DNA of 64,000 bases from Euprymna scolopes (lineage: Eukaryota), in the NCBI GenBank assembly GCA_053919585.1, contig CM132788.1. One strand, written 5' to 3'. The position numbers were made by a program, and so were the translations under genes. Each line of letters starts with the position of its first letter. The stretch's first letter is position 1. The notes beneath the pieces were generated by a model. It made no database searches. It had not been told where the DNA came from and saw nothing but the letters and a program-made list of their open reading frames with translations. This document shows positions 62,893-64,000 of the stretch, one piece after another.

Positions 62893-64000
62893 TCAGTAGG
62901 ACTTAACCAACACCTGAAAGACTTCATGAAAATATGGAATATTTTCTGTATTTTTTTCTGTTTTCGTCTAGTTGATTAAGTTTTTTTAAATTAATACCCT
63001 GCTTGGCGGCTAAATGATTATACTGCCGATGCCACCAGAAGTGGCACACCTATCTGGAGCACCGGAAACTGTATTATCAGTCTGGTTGCAGCTGATGAGA
63101 GCAGGGTATTGCACATGCTTCCGCATATTGTATAATAAAAATATAGTGTCATAATAAAAAAGGAGTTAGTAACCAATGTGTTGCTACCACTTAACTTATC
63201 GTTATTTGAAAAAGTGTCTGAAAAATGGAAAAACATTCAGAATAATTATCCTATGGTTGAAGATACTTATGAAACCGCATAAACTTGTGTGTTGATACTT
63301 GAGTTACAGCATTTCATTTATCCTTTAAAAATGAAAGTGAAAGAGACAATGAATGTGTGAATTTATAGCCGAATGAATAATAATAATGCAAGTAAAAATG
63401 TTGGTTATCAAAAAAACAAAAAAATTAAATCCAATGACACAATCGGTTGTAAAAGACATGAAGATAACAACGATGAGAAAAATATCGGGAAAAATTAAAC
63501 TTCTTGATTTTTATTTTGATTTTTTGAACGAAAATACCGACAGCAGTTTTGGCAAGATCCGGAATGTATTTATTTCCATTTGACATTGTGTGTTAATATT
63601 AAGCTAGAAAATTTGAATATGCAGCTTTCACGTAGATTATTATTTATAGGGCAATCAGTGGATGAGAAATTTTTTAATTGTTAAAGGGAAGGCGATTGTC
63701 TGAAAGGTATTAAATGTTATCACCTACTTACAGGTCATAAAATCGAATACATATATATCCGGGCTCTCAAGAGTTTTTCAAACCGCTTTATAATGGGCGA
63801 ACTGTGCATGCGTTGCACCATGCCAGAATTATTGGCGCCGAACCCATATTGTATAATCGTCTTGCGAAATGACCAATTCTTTGAATAATGCCAATTTTAT
63901 CGATGCCCCTCGCAGGAAATCGAAACGATCGATTCATCATACTACAAAATGACGCGTGAAGAATCTATGCTATACGTACCTTAACGCAGATGCTGTTTAG

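Noticed and set aside
63091-63125. Isolated CTGATGA motifs (also ~10981, 29558, 41895, 45944) as further hammerheads
   Set aside because: No stem II hairpin followed by GAAA and stem III.
63018-63236. ORF with an acceptor-like TTTTTCAG as a further exon
   Set aside because: No clear donor site or recognisable homology.

Overview
AT-rich, repeat-dominated metazoan (invertebrate) genomic DNA from a draft assembly, with nine N-gaps and many (TA)n, (CA)n and (GT)n microsatellites. I found no intact protein-coding gene. The window holds three kinds of content. (1) A decayed multi-exon minus-strand gene spread over about 1-56.5 kb, with two ZU5-like/UPA-like modules, low-complexity linker exons and a 17-aa repeat exon; most of its exons carry stops or frameshifts. 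(2) Remnants of many transposons: CR1/L2-type LINEs, RTE, R4/Dong-like, Ty3/Gypsy, Ty1/Copia, Penelope-like, mariner/Tc1 MITEs and Helitron ends. (3) Two unrelated small non-coding elements that each pair a tRNA-derived Pol III promoter with hammerhead ribozyme(s). The clearer one is a 509-bp dimeric hammerhead 'retrozyme' with a perfect 14-bp target-site duplication, inserted into a CR1 LINE (36612-37120). The other is a Penelope-type minimal-hammerhead element with nested inverted repeats (about 19623-20196). All family assignments come from motif recognition by eye; no searches were run.
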